A stretch of 63,980 nt of DNA, the filler included, from Bonamia ostreae (Eukaryota), in assembly GCA_040357525.1 (NCBI GenBank). It is 5 parts of 5 records of this genome, joined end to end, with 100 filler letters (N's around TTAATTAATTAA, not from the genome) between each part and the next. Parts side by side here need not be neighbours in the genome. Positions count along the whole stretch, not along the records: positions 1 to 14,214 come from JBDODL010000008.1; positions 14,315 to 28,330 come from JBDODL010000009.1; 3 more parts are not named here. The stretch is one strand, 5' to 3'. The notes below the pieces were generated by a model, which worked only from the letters and a program-made list of their open reading frames with translations, did no database searches and had not been told where the DNA came from. The translations under genes were made by a program, and so were the position numbers. Within the stretch, counting starts at the first letter, position 1, and each line of letters starts with the position of its first letter. Shown here one piece after another: positions 11,836-24,334 of this stretch.

Positions 11836-14214
11836 ATGACAAATTCAAAATCGCTGTTCGACCTTCTATCTCTCGATAAAGAAATTAGAACTTGTCTCGA
11901 CAAAAATAAAAAAGTTGCGGAAAGAATGGAAAAATTGTTGACCGAATCAAAGTATTTACGAAGTGGAAGCAAAATCCCAGAGGATCAAAGCAAACTTCTT
12001 TACACTTTTGCCAAAAAGGGCTACAAATCAGATTCGGCCGAAATCCACTCATTCGTCGTGAGAGACTTAATCATTGATCAGTTCAAAGACTAATCTTAAA
12101 TTTCAAATATCAAAAATTGAATTTTAAAATTTCTAGAAAAATAACCAGCCAGGAGCAGTTGGATGCCGCTGAAAAATATTTTTCCAAAAACAGCAAAATA
12201 GACTTCGACGATTTCGAAAAGAACTGTGGAATCGGTGTTACGATAACGGACGACGAAATTCGTTATTGTGTCAGAGAAATTCTGGAAGAAAACATAGAGC
12301 TTCTCAAAAACCAAAAGTTTTATAGCACTTAAACCAGATGGGACATTTATCCAAAACTACGAAGCGGGCTTATGAAAAATCTGAGAAACAAATTGCCTTG
12401 GGCTGACGGCAAGAAACGATTAGAGATTTTCAATTCCGAAGTGGAAGCTATTATTGGACCAAAACCGAAAATATCAGTCAAAAAGAAGTCTCCTTCAAAG
12501 ATTAACTCCGAAGAAGGTTTTCTGCTCAACTCGTAAAGAACAAGTGAAAGGAGCGATCGGGTTGGATAAATACTTGAAGGGGCGTAAGATGAGCATTGTA
12601 TACAACACTAAAGAAATCTACGCGGAACATGTCGAACGCACCAAAGGCGTTTTTCATTCTCGCTTTCCACCCGAGCCAAATGGCTATCTCCGTTCATTAA
12701 ACTCGAATAAAAGATATTGGCCACGCGAAAGCGATAAACTTTGATTTTTCGCTCGCTAAAGCTAAAAACGGAGAGTGCATTCTGCGTTTCGACGACACGA
12801 ACCCGCTCGCAGAAGACATAGACTATATTGAAAATATAATCGATGTTTTAAATTTCAGCTCGAACAGAACGTAAAATGGCTCGGCTTCGAGCCTTCCCGT
12901 GTTACTTATTCCTCTGATTATTTTGACGAATTGTTTGCTTTTGCGGTCAAAATGATAAAAGATGGAAATGCTTACGTGTGCCACCAACCACAAGAAGAAA
13001 TAAAACGATCCAGATTTGCATTTTCATTTTTACAGATTTGCGCATCAAAACCGGAAAACCACAGCCGAGTCCTTTCAGAGATCGTCCGGTCAAAGAAAGT
13101 TTGAGACTTTTCTATGAAATGAGAGACGGTTTATGTTGGAAAAGTCAAAATAATTTTAGCTTTTCTGTTTAATCAAAATTGTAAACAGAAGCAAAAACCG
13201 CAATTCAGCTTTTGACATTTTAATATTCTGCTCAATAATTGTCTATATGTCTCAGTCCATTTTGATATTCTGCTCTACAATTCAATAATTTTAATTCCGA
13301 TTAAAGGAAAGTTTGAACCCGGAGAAGCTACATTGAGGATGAAGGGTGATTTGGAACACCCCAACCCAAACATGTGGGATCACATCGCTTATCGAATCAT
13401 TGATGCAACGCATCCGCACGTCGGAAATAAGTGGAGAGTGTACCCGAGCTACGATTTCACTCACTGCATCGTCGACAGTTTGGAGGACATCGACGCTTCC
13501 TGTTGCACTCTGGAGTTCGAAGTTTTGCCAAAATAATTTTCACTTGTTGAAAAATTAGAATCGAAGAGAAAGTTACTTTTGGTTGCTGGACAAATTGGGA
13601 TTGTTTAAACCGGTTGTGTGGGAATTTTCGCGGTTGAACATGGACCACAATGTCATGTCAAAGCGAATGCTCTCCGAATTAGTCGACCGCAAAATTGTGC
13701 GGGGGTGGGATGACCCAAGACTTTTAACGATAAATGGGATCAGAAGAAAAGGCGTTCCCGCTGAAGCGATCAATAATTTTTGTGAAAAAATTGGCGTTGG
13801 CTAAACTTAAATATACAAAAATTTATCAATTTAGTTTATTCACATTAACGTTCGACAATTCAAAGGTGACGAGAGCTCAAAACAGCATTTCGTCGACTTA
13901 TTTGGATGTCTTCACTATAAATGTGCTAGATTCAATTTGCAAAAGAAACATGGCTGTTCTGGATCCTCTTAAAATAATAATCACGGATTTTGACCAAAAC
14001 GAAACAAAAACAGATTTGTGTCCACTCTACCCAAACATAAAAAACAATGAAGAAAAATATGTAGTCACAATGAGAAAAACTCTGTTCATCGAAAAAACCG
14101 ATTTCAAACTGAAAGACGAAAAGGTTTAGAGATTTAATTAAATCAGAAATTTTTTGGACTTGCGCCGGGCAAAACAATCCGACTAAAATATGGAGTTAGA
14201 ATTCGATGCGACAA
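11836..14214 (+). CDS. QARS1: Glutaminyl-tRNA synthetase, 3'-truncated by scaffold end
   Basis: [18 protein letters not shown] after removing the 22-nt intron 12692-12713; [41 protein letters not shown]; eukaryotic N-terminal extension ([16 protein letters not shown]). Confidence 0.96.
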
Positions 14215-14314
14215 NNNNNNNNNNNNNNNNNNNNNNNNNNNNNNNNNNNNNNNNNNNNTTAATTAATTAANNNNNNNNNNNNNNNNNNNNNNNNNNNNNN
14301 NNNNNNNNNNNNNN
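14215..14314. other. Artificial scaffold-joining linker (N44-TTAATTAATTAA-N44)
   Basis: Six-frame-stop 12-mer inside N runs; identical constructs at 28331-28430, 42029-42128 and 55182-55281. Confidence 0.97.
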
Positions 14315-15570
14315 TAATAAATTTGTCGAATTTGCAAATTCTAAAATACGTTCCGAAAGTTCTTCCGTTTTTCCTAAAAGTTGTTTAGTCAAAATCTCAT
14401 TTTTTCGTTTTTCAAATTTTTTGCTATTTTCAAAATCCATTTTTCTTTCTTTCCATTTTTCTATCGCTTTCTCATTGTCCATTTCTGAATATTCCGTTCC
14501 GTCGGGCTAAACCAAAAAGCAAATTTTAAAAACCAATTTATAAAAACAATTCAAAACCAAAATATATCGCGGCCATTCTTTGTCCCATTTTTTGTATTCG
14601 TTCGTCGTTTCCGAACTTTTTACATCATTTTTCTCTTCAATGTACCGAACCATTTGTGCATACAAAAGTCTTTCCTTTAAGGTCAAATCGACCATTTCAA
14701 GTTCCTCATTATTCTCAGAAACTCTATTTTTCCTTTTATTCTCGTTGTCTTCCTTACCGCCCATATAATCATGCTCGATTCCAAAAAGTCCGGAATACCC
14801 AAAATTATTTTTGCCCATTTCATTAACGACCATTTTCTTAATTCCTGAAATTTCGACCCAATCTGTCTCCGCGGTTATCATCTATTTCAGTCGAAATTTT
14901 ATTGTTAAAACACAAAAGTACTTTTACTGTTACAAAAACCTGTTTCAGATTTTCCAGTTGCGACTTAACTTTGAGTTTGGCCAATTCCGGATAGTGCCAT
15001 TTATTCTCAAAATCGACAAATTTCGAGTGCCAATCGATCGTTTGGTTCTTTGTTGCCACGTTTTCGCCGATTTCTGTTACCAAATTTGGATTTTTGTTAA
15101 AGTATTTGACACTTTTCTGGCTCAAAATTTTATCGTAATTTTTTCTACTCGTCAAATTCACGTCAGAATCCACTGCATCAAATGAATTTTGCAAATATTC
15201 GATGTCATATTTTTCTCTCTGCAAATTTTTTTCGTCTTTTTCGCTCATTGTTTTCTCGTTCATTTCTTCCAGTTCTTGTCCGATTTGTCTCAGAGCTGAG
15301 TCTTTTTTGTCGATTTGGAGACTTTCAAGATCGATTTTTATTTTTTCGGTCGATTCTTTGTTGATTTTCGAGTTGTATTTTTCCAGGAAATCTTTTTTGT
15401 TTATTTTTATTGTGTTTTCAGTGCTCTTTAATTGGTAGTCCAGATATTCCCGTGGAAGCTCTTCTTGTTTTAGAATGGCGGTTTTGGGTTGTTTGGAGCA
15501 AAATTTTATGTTCGCGTTTTCTAAATTTGGCGCGTCTGAATTTTCAAATTTGTGATTTTTGTTAATTTTG
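14315..15570 (-). CDS. Hypothetical charged protein, multi-exon, 3'-truncated
   Basis: Consecutive minus-strand ORFs 14838-15263, 14507-14881 and 14267-14482 separated by GTT..AG-like spacers. No family recognised; start uncertain. Confidence 0.5.
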
Positions 15571-15620
15571 GTTATTGAAATTTGTTATTAAAAGGAGTCT
15601 AAAAAGAGTCCGATTTGACG

Positions 15621-16625
15621 ATGTTTAGCGAATATAAAGATTTGAAACTTAATTCTCTAAAATTGGAGAAAATTAATGAAAATGGATTTGATGATGACGA
15701 TCTTGTGAAAAAATTGCATTTTGGTAATCAAATCATTACAGTTTTTTGACGACAAAAATTCAAAAGTACTTTTATAACAATTACCATTACAGCAGTCAAA
15801 AGTACTTTTAAAACAATTACAGTTACAACAGTCAAAATTGTTATAAAATATTATTATCATCGTTATAAAAAATTTTATAAAAAGGGATTGTTATCTAAAA
15901 ACAAAGAAATGACAAAAACAAACATCCGTCAAAAAGAAAAAATATCAAAGCTTAAACGTTGTCTCAAAAGAAACAGAGAAAGCATTGAAATTTTCAAAAC
16001 GAAAATTCGGAAAAGAGAGGAGGAATATGGAAAGAAGATAAACTTTTTGAAGAAAAATTGCGCCAATTTGGAGAAAAGGATTGAAAACAAAAATTCGTTT
16101 AGCAAATTTGGAAATTTCAATGGCGAAAATTTTATAAGATTAATGGCGGATAATATATCTCTGGCGACAGATTCATTGCAGTTGCAGATAAAAGTTGAAG
16201 TTTTGGAAGAGCAACTTGGAAAATTGCTTGAAGAGAACAATGAGAAAAATAACGCTTTCAGCGATATTGTTGAAAAATTGGTGACAAAAATCAATTTTTT
16301 GAAAGATAAAAAAATTTAAAACAGTTTTCAAAATTGCAAAAAAATTAAAGCCGTTTTCGGAAACATTTGATATTGCAAAAAAATAAAAATTTGATATTGT
16401 TAAAAAATTAAAACCGTTTTCGAAAAAATTTGATATCGCTTTGTCATTCTTGAAGACCAAAAGACAAGAAAAAGTATCAAAATATTGGTCTTTTTTGAAT
16501 GTTGTGAGATCGTTTTCATATTTTTCGAACAAAAGTCCTAAATTTTAAAATCGGAACGGGCTTTTTCGTCTTTTATATTGGAAATGCGAATGGAGCGATT
16601 TGAGTTGGAACTGCCTTTGAACTAA
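15621..16625 (+). CDS. Hypothetical coiled-coil protein
   Basis: ATG at 15621 (MFSEYKDLKL), a repeat-containing intron, then the heptad-rich ORF 15888-16319. End approximate. Confidence 0.45.
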
Positions 16626-16900
16626 AAAATTAAAGTTTGAACCAAATTTTGACTGATCGAGTTAATTTTCTTCATGGCCACTGAAGTAGAAAACTGCTTT
16701 TTTTTGACGACAGTTCTTCGTTTTCCACAATTTTTTAAAACCTTTAACATTTTAAACTAATAATCTCGAAAATTGCTAAATATTTAAAAGCTGGTGATAT
16801 TGATTTTATTAGTTACCTTTTATATAATTATTATTTAAAAGCTGAAAGATGATATATTCGATATAACAATTTAAGATATAACAGATATTTAGTAATAAAA

Positions 16901-19900
16901 ATGGCAATCGAAGAGAGTCCAAAAATAGCATATTATAAGCTAATCGTTCAAGATTCCAATAACAAGAAATATTTCACAAAGTACATCGACTTGAAGCGGA
17001 TAACGTTAGGAAGAAAAAAAGCCCATTCCAAAAATCACGTTTGCTTGACCGGAAACAAAATGTTTACTCTAAAAATCTTTTTTAAAAAAGATCGCGAATC
17101 CACGCCAAAATCTTCTTCAGCGAACATAAAAGTTCCAAAATTAGAAATTTTATATATATTCCATTTTTAACGATTTTTAGACGCATAATTTAAGCCATTT
17201 TGTTCTCAAATTTCACATATTAAGCTAAATTTACAAAGAAAAATTCTTTATAAAATGCTTTTCGAAAAATGGCTTGTACGTCGGCGGAAATCTGATATCA
17301 CATGCCCACATTCCTGTTAAACTTGATTCCGCCAGTCTCGTCCAAATCAGTGGCATCTTGATTTATGTAATGTTTCCGAGCATAAAAAGAGATTTCTCCA
17401 AAATTTCTTTCGATCTTCTAAATTCTTTAAATCGCTTTAAAGATCCTTTTGTTAACTTAACTGACTCGGAACCTTCAATCAGTATCGATTCACTTGTGTC
17501 TGCTTCACAAGGCAGCAAAGAAATCGTGTACAAAATTCAAAATTTGAATGTCAAATTGAACGAAAAAATGATAAAGTTGTCAATCGAAGCTTTAAAAACA
17601 ATCGGATTTTTCAAATGGCAAAAAATTTTAGAATTTTTAAATTCGAAAAATGAAAATATTGTAATAAATGACGAAAGTCTGAAATATTGCAAAATTTTGG
17701 CTTTGTTAGTTATAAATGAGATCTGTAAAAAAGCTTTTAATAGCGGCGATTTTGACTTGTCGTCAAAATTGGCATTCATTTTGCGAACTGAAACGAATAA
17801 AGTTTTTTGCCAAATTTTAGAAATTGCTGTTGTCGAATATTGTGAATGAGAAGATTTTGTCCGATCTTTCAAAGTTTGTGGATTTTGATGATATTACTGC
17901 AAATGAGTTTTTATAACAATTTTTACAAATTTTTAATCGAATAATGAACGATTTTTACAAATTTCATAATAAAAAAATGAACAATTTTAGAATTTTTACA
18001 ATCGAATAATGGATAATTTTAAAATCTACTAAAACTAAAGAATTGTGATATTATACCATTTGAACAAATTCATGAAAACAGGAAAATTGACTGATATCAA
18101 AAACTACCAGAAAAATCCACAATTGTCCGTTCAAAACGATTGCGATCTTCTCAAAGGTGTAAAAACCCACAAAACGGAACATTTCGAAGCTATATTGTTT
18201 AATATAAAAACTAACTCAACAAAAGGAACGATAAAACTTTATCATTACAAACAGCGTCAAGAAACGATAAAAACATTAATAAAAACATGTTAAAAGAGCG
18301 ATTCTCAAACTTGTTGGCAATTATAATCAATTTTAACAAAATAAACAACAAAACTGGTTTCGAAGAAAACGAATGGTCAGTTTTAGAACATTATTATTTT
18401 CTGCACGCCCTCGCAAGTTTCGGAATGCCATCAGATAAAAACTGGAGCGATTTTGAAAAAAGCTTTCCAAATCTTTTCCGCAACAAAACGGCCAATTCAG
18501 TCCAAAAAAGAATAAAATTGCTAAAAGAGGAAATTGAAATATGTTTAAAATCGGACAAAAACGAAATAAAAGATTTTAAAAACGGAGATCTTTCCAATAA
18601 GAAAATAGTAAAATTAACTCAAAAAGGAGCACTCAATTTGAAAAGAAGATTTGATTTCTTCAAATTGTTAAGAGATAAAATAAAAACTTTGAACATTTCA
18701 AGTTTGAACTTCGAATGGAGAGAGCAGCCTCCTGTTTGGTGGGATAGTCCAAAAATGGATTTGGATCTTCTAAAAGGGTGTTTAAAATATGGAGTAGGTA
18801 ATTGGGTGAAAGTTTTTTATAAAGAAATTTTGTAAATAATTTTTCGATTATAAAATTTTTGTTGATCGATTAAAAATAAATTTTTGGACTTAAAAAGAAA
18901 ATTTTGTGATATTAAATTTTTCGATTATAAAATTTTTGTTGATCGATTAAAAATAAATTTTTGGACTTANNNNNNNNNNNNNNNNNNNNNNNNNNNNNNN
19001 NNNNNNNNNNNNNNNNNNNNNNNNNNNNNNNNNNNNNNNNNNNNNNNNNNNNNNNNNNNNNNNNNNNNNAAAAGAAAATTTTGTGATATTAAATTTTTCG
19101 ATTATAAAATTTTTGTTGAAAAAGCAAAATTTCAATTTGAAAAACAAAAAGTTGAAAGGAGATAAAAACTATCAATTCTCAAATTCACCCCAAATATCAT
19201 TTCGACACATCCAAAAACTCCTTCTAAACCGATTCATGTCGTTGGGACAATTCATAATCTCCGGAAAAAACAACCTTTCTTCAAATCCAATCAAAAACAA
19301 CTACAAAAACAATTTTTCTTTTTTCCTAAATAATCAATCGCCAAAAATCGCTTCGAAGATGCAAACTTTGACAAACCAAAATTCTCTTCTGAAAATTCAA
19401 AAAACGCCAAACAATAAAACCCAAATTCCTTTTAACTTCAATAACGGCAACAACAAAAAGGAAAATTTCTTATTAAAGCCAAACAAAATTTTTAAGTCGA
19501 TCGATATTCGACCAGTTCCTCAAAACAATTCAATGATTACCCCATCTTTGCTATTGCAATCAATTGGCAACATTGAATTTTTGCGTTCCAATTTTCACAA
19601 CAATTCGTTTTTTGTTCATAATACAAAAGTTATATATTTCCGATTGGCTACAAAACAGTGCGCAAGTACATATCCTTCGTAGATCCGACGAAAAACTGCA
19701 AATACGTAAATGAAATTTTGGATGGCAAGTCATGTCCCATTTTCTCGGTAACATGTGAACATGCGCCAAACAGTCCAATTCAACAAATCCACCCGACAAG
19801 TGCTTGGAAGTTGGTGAATTCAAAAATAAAGTTGGCAAATCCAAACAAAACTGTGTTGGTGCCAATTGACGGGTTGGAACGATTTGGATTGAACGAACCT

Positions 19901-20086
19901 AAAATTCGAAGTTTGATAGATCGACTTCCGAATGTTAGTAAATGCAAGCAATATGGCTCGCAATTTAAAGTCGGCTCTTTTGGATATCCGTTCAATTTGA
20001 ATCCTGTTTCTAATGTTGGCAACAATAGCAGAAGCAAAATGTTGCATAAAAAGAATAATGTTCCGCCGCCGCCCAAGAATTTTTGA
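16901..20086 (+). CDS. FHA + CHD-type SANT/SLIDE-like + FYRN/FYRC domain protein
   Basis: ITLGR...GNKISRIHAKI...SKNGLYVGG (FHA); WSVLEHYYFLHALASFG and WWDSPKMDLDLLKGCLKYGVGNW (resembles CHD C-terminal region); SIGNI...YIFPIGYKTVRKYISFVDPTKNCKYVNEILD and PIFSVT...PTSAW...DGLERFGL...LPNVSKCKQY (FYRN/FYRC). Confidence 0.8.
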
Positions 20087-20189
20087 GTAAATGCGATTTG
20101 TTTATTTGCAAATTTTTGAAATTATTGATTTATAAAAAATGATTTTTTTTTGAACAAATTGAAAACAAATTATTTAAAATTGAAATTGA

Positions 20190-20300
20190 CGTTTTTGAAC
20201 AAATTAATGAAAATAATGTTTTTTGAACAAATTAATGAAAATAATGTTTTTTTGAACAAATTAATTAAAATAATGTTTTTTGAACAAATTAATTAAAATT
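20190..20300. repeat. Tandem repeat, ~28-bp unit, about 4 copies
   Basis: ttttgaacaaattaat(g/t)aaaataatgtt repeated just downstream of the stop at 20086. Confidence 0.85.
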
Positions 20301-20443
20301 GATGTTTAATTAATTGAAAGTATTTAGTCAGATAAAAAATTGTAAAATCCCAAAATAACCAGAAATACGACAAGTTTAAATCCATAATCCGTTTTATAGG
20401 AAAAACTTAAAAATACCCTCGTTTAATAAATACCGTCAGAAAA

Positions 20444-23400
20444 ATGCTTGAAAATTCGGCTAACAGTCACAAATCATTGCTACATCGCTACGACGATGTT
20501 TACTAAAAAATTCACCTAAAAGCCTCTTAACCAAGACTTGAAGAATATTAGATCGACTACAAACACAGTAGAGCGCTCTTATTCAAGTACGACCAGTTTT
20601 GCAGGGGAAGAAATGACGACTTCAAAGGAAAAAACTGAAGAACCCGGTTGTTGTTGTTTGTTCGACTGTATCGTGGGTTATTGCAAAAAAACTAAATTCG
20701 GAACTTGGGATGGTGTCTATTTAAGTTGTCTTCTTTCGATGTTCGGTTTTTACTTTCAAGCTTTTTAAATTATATGAATAACAAATTTTGTTAGCGTTTG
20801 TCATATAACAAATATTTTTTGGCAAAAATGATTTAGTTTCGTTATTCAAAATTTAATAATTATAAACAATCCAAATTTTATTTGCAATTTTTTCGCAACT
20901 TGGCTAATTTTTGCTAAAATTTTTGATGACTATTTTTTGTTACCAAATTAAAATCGATAAGGTGTTATAATGTTTTTGAGATTGGGTTACATAATCGGAG
21001 AAGCTGGAGTCTGGCAAACATGGATAATAGAGTTTATTTCAGCAATAGTTGTCTTTGTCACAACCCTTTCGATGTCAGCTTTATGCACAAATGGCGAAGT
21101 CAGACATGGCGGCGCTTATTATTTAATATCAAGATCGCTCGGACCAGAAATCGGCGGTTCCATAGGAATACTATTTACTGTTTTATCGGAAAAACTTTGA
21201 AAATAACAAAGATCGGTAATTCAATCGCGGTGTCGATGCATATTCTCGGATTCGCCGAACCAATGGTAAATCAAATCGGGAAGATTGTAACGAATTCTGA
21301 AAAGAACGATTTGCGAGTTTACGGCACAATTTTACTTTTCGTTTTGCTGATTTTCGCCTTTATTGGAGTCGGATGGATGATAAAAATCCAATTTCTGATA
21401 GCTTTTGTGCTCATAGCAGCCATTATTTGCTTTTTTGTCGGTTGCTTTATAACTATTGATTTGAACTATCTCATTGTGAGCGTCGGCAACGGAGCATTCA
21501 TGGAGAATTTTAATAGTGCTTATACGGAAGGCACATCCTTTGTCACTATTTTCGGAGTGTTTTTTCCAGCAATGACTGGTATCATGGCTGGGGCAAATTT
21601 GTCTGGAGATCTTATCAATCCATCCAATTCTATTCCGACGGGTACTTTGACGTCTGTGATTACTGCTTGGGCTGTTTATATGGCTATGTCTACAATTATC
21701 GCTGACTCGACTTTAAGAGGAGGTTTTAATAAGTCATTTCATAACCGGCAAATTTTGTTGTCACAACCAAATTTTGGTGCATTTCAATAACTGTTGTCAC
21801 AACAAAATTTTTATAAATATTATTTTTAAAACAAAAAATATCATAATAAAAATTGACGACAAAAAAAGATCCGTCAATATGCTCATCCGAATATCCTTCG
21901 ACAGGATTATGCTACAATTTGATAATGGAAAAGATAGCGGTTCCGGGCGAAATAATTTACGCTGGAGTTTACGCAGCCACATTGTCTTCCGCTTTGGCTG
22001 CTTTAATAGGCGCTCCTCGCATTTTAACTGTTTTAAAAAAGTTTATTTTCTCAAAAGACTGTCGCGAACGATAAATTATTGTCCATTCTGAACATTTTTG
22101 CCATCAAAAGAAATAACGGAGAACCTCTTTTCGCTTATATCCCCGCAGCTCTTATATCATTCGGCTGCATCATGATAGCGAGCATCAACACGATCGCTAC
22201 TGTTGTGACAATCACTTATTTGATTACTTACGCATTGATAAACTTCGCGTGCTTTCAGTCAGTTTTTAATTTTTGTATTTTTTTTGAATTAGTCGATTTC
22301 GAAATCGCCGGGATGGCGTCCAAGATTCAAGTTTTATAATGCGTGGGTTGCTTTGACTGGCGGGATCGTTTGTTTTGTGCTCATCTTTGTTTTGAACTAT
22401 ATCATCGCTATCCCTGCTTCCATCGCAAGTTTCTAACGCTTTAAAAAATTGCAAATTAACGGAAAAGTTATTCAAAAAGTTAAAAACTAATGTAAAAAGC
22501 GTTATTGATTTATCTGTTAATTTATTGGAAACGTCCAAAAGTGAATTGGGGCTCAGCTACACAAGGAATAGCAATGATAACAGTGGTGAAACAATTGCAT
22601 CTTCAACATAGACAAAAAGAACATATCAAAAATTTTAGAGTTTTTAATTTTTTATATTCGTTACTTAAAATTTGTCGTTATAATATTTCAGTTAAAAATA
22701 ATAAAACAATTTTAGTGAAAAATCAGTCGTTAAAAAATAAATCGTTAAAACAATTTCAGTTAAAAAAATTAGTCGTTAAAATAATGTATAAAATAAGCCA
22801 AATATTATCGTGTTCACCGAGAATCCAAATAAAGATATCAAATTATTGTCTTTTCTGTATACCTTGAAACACAGCCATGGAGCAAATTTTCTTGGAATAG
22901 TTAAAGTTTAGAAACCAATTTTTAGGAATCTTATAGCCCTTCAGAAACAGATGAAGATTTTTACGAATGTCAAGTTTTCGAGAAGAAATTTTTATTGTTT
23001 AAACATCTCTACGTTTCATCTGATTTCTACAACGGCTGTGCTGTTCTTCTTAATGCTGTCGGTGTCGGTTTTTATTCGTAAAAAGTATTCCATTTTAGTA
23101 CTTTGCATAAACATTTTTTGGTAACAATGGCGCAAAAGTGTTTTAGTAAAAACGTCATCTGGCATCAATGTCAAAAACTTTTATTCTAAAGTACATTAAT
23201 GACAATAAAGGGCGGATTAAACCGAACACAATGTTTATAAAACATCCGCACAACTGGCGAGAACCAGAGACTCTGCGCCACAGCTACTTTTCTCTGCTCT
23301 GCGCTGCATCGGCCAGAGAAAACGGCATTATGATCGCGCTCAATTTTGATCAACTCGATCTTATCAACACCGATCCGTTTGGAACCATCGACGTCTGGTG

Positions 23401-23988
23401 GCTCTACGACGACGGCGGATTGTCCATTTTGCTACCGCACATTTTGACCAAAAGTTCGTTTTGGCGGAGGAACACCGAAGGAGGCAAAACGTTAGTACCT
23501 TTGCGACTCTTTATCATCTCGAAAGAAGGCGAACTCGAGCGAAAATCGATTTACGATTTATTGGCGTTTTATATTAAAAATTGCTCTTTGCATTTTTTGA
23601 AAGAAAATTTCGGTTGGACGATATTGATGTGAATTGCGTTTATCCGGATGAAAAAGATTTGGAAAACAATAATACGCGTTGGGATGTGGTTGCTAATCTA
23701 ATGTCGAGATATTCCAAAAAAGCTAAAATAATTTTCGTTTACAATTTTATTGTAAGAAATATTTTTATCAAACATTTTTGCAAGAATTGGCAATACAAAA
23801 AATATTTTTATAAATTATTTCATTTCCAAAACTTTACGAACTTTTTTAAAAAGTGTACTTTGCCACGCCCACAAATATTTTTGGGTCCAGACTATTATCT
23901 TGGAATATTTGATAAAATGTCAGAAGATATGCCGGCTACAATAATGATGAGAGGAGAACGTAGTGTTTTAACATGGAAACAAGAATGA
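20444..23988 (+). CDS. SLC12 cation-chloride cotransporter (NKCC/KCC-like), copy 1
   Basis: KFGTWDGV, MFLRLGYIIG, SALCTNGEVRHGGAYYLISRSLGPEIGGSIG, FFPAMTGIMAGANLSGDL, SPGWRP, VNWGS, EHIKNFRP, IDVWWLYDDGGLSILLPHIL. Confidence 0.95.
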
Positions 23989-24334
23989 TTAAATATCGTT
24001 TTTCTGATTTTGATACTTATTAAAAATGAACTGACTTTTATAATGTTAAAAAAGTCAAAACGTTAAAATGATGTTTGATAATTATAATAACATGAAGATG
24101 AGAATGCACAAAAAAGTACCAAATTAACAATTTTGACCTCTTAATAGATCAAATGTAAAATAAAACTGCTTCATTGACAATGTTGTCTAAAATATTTTTG
24201 GACAATAAAGTTTTCCGTGCGATAAGAAAAAACGGAGAATTTTATTAGTTTTAAAACTAATAAAAATGAAACCGTTCATTATTTCAAAAATTGTATATTA
24301 TAACAAACCTTTAGTTATTAATAAACCCTTTTTG

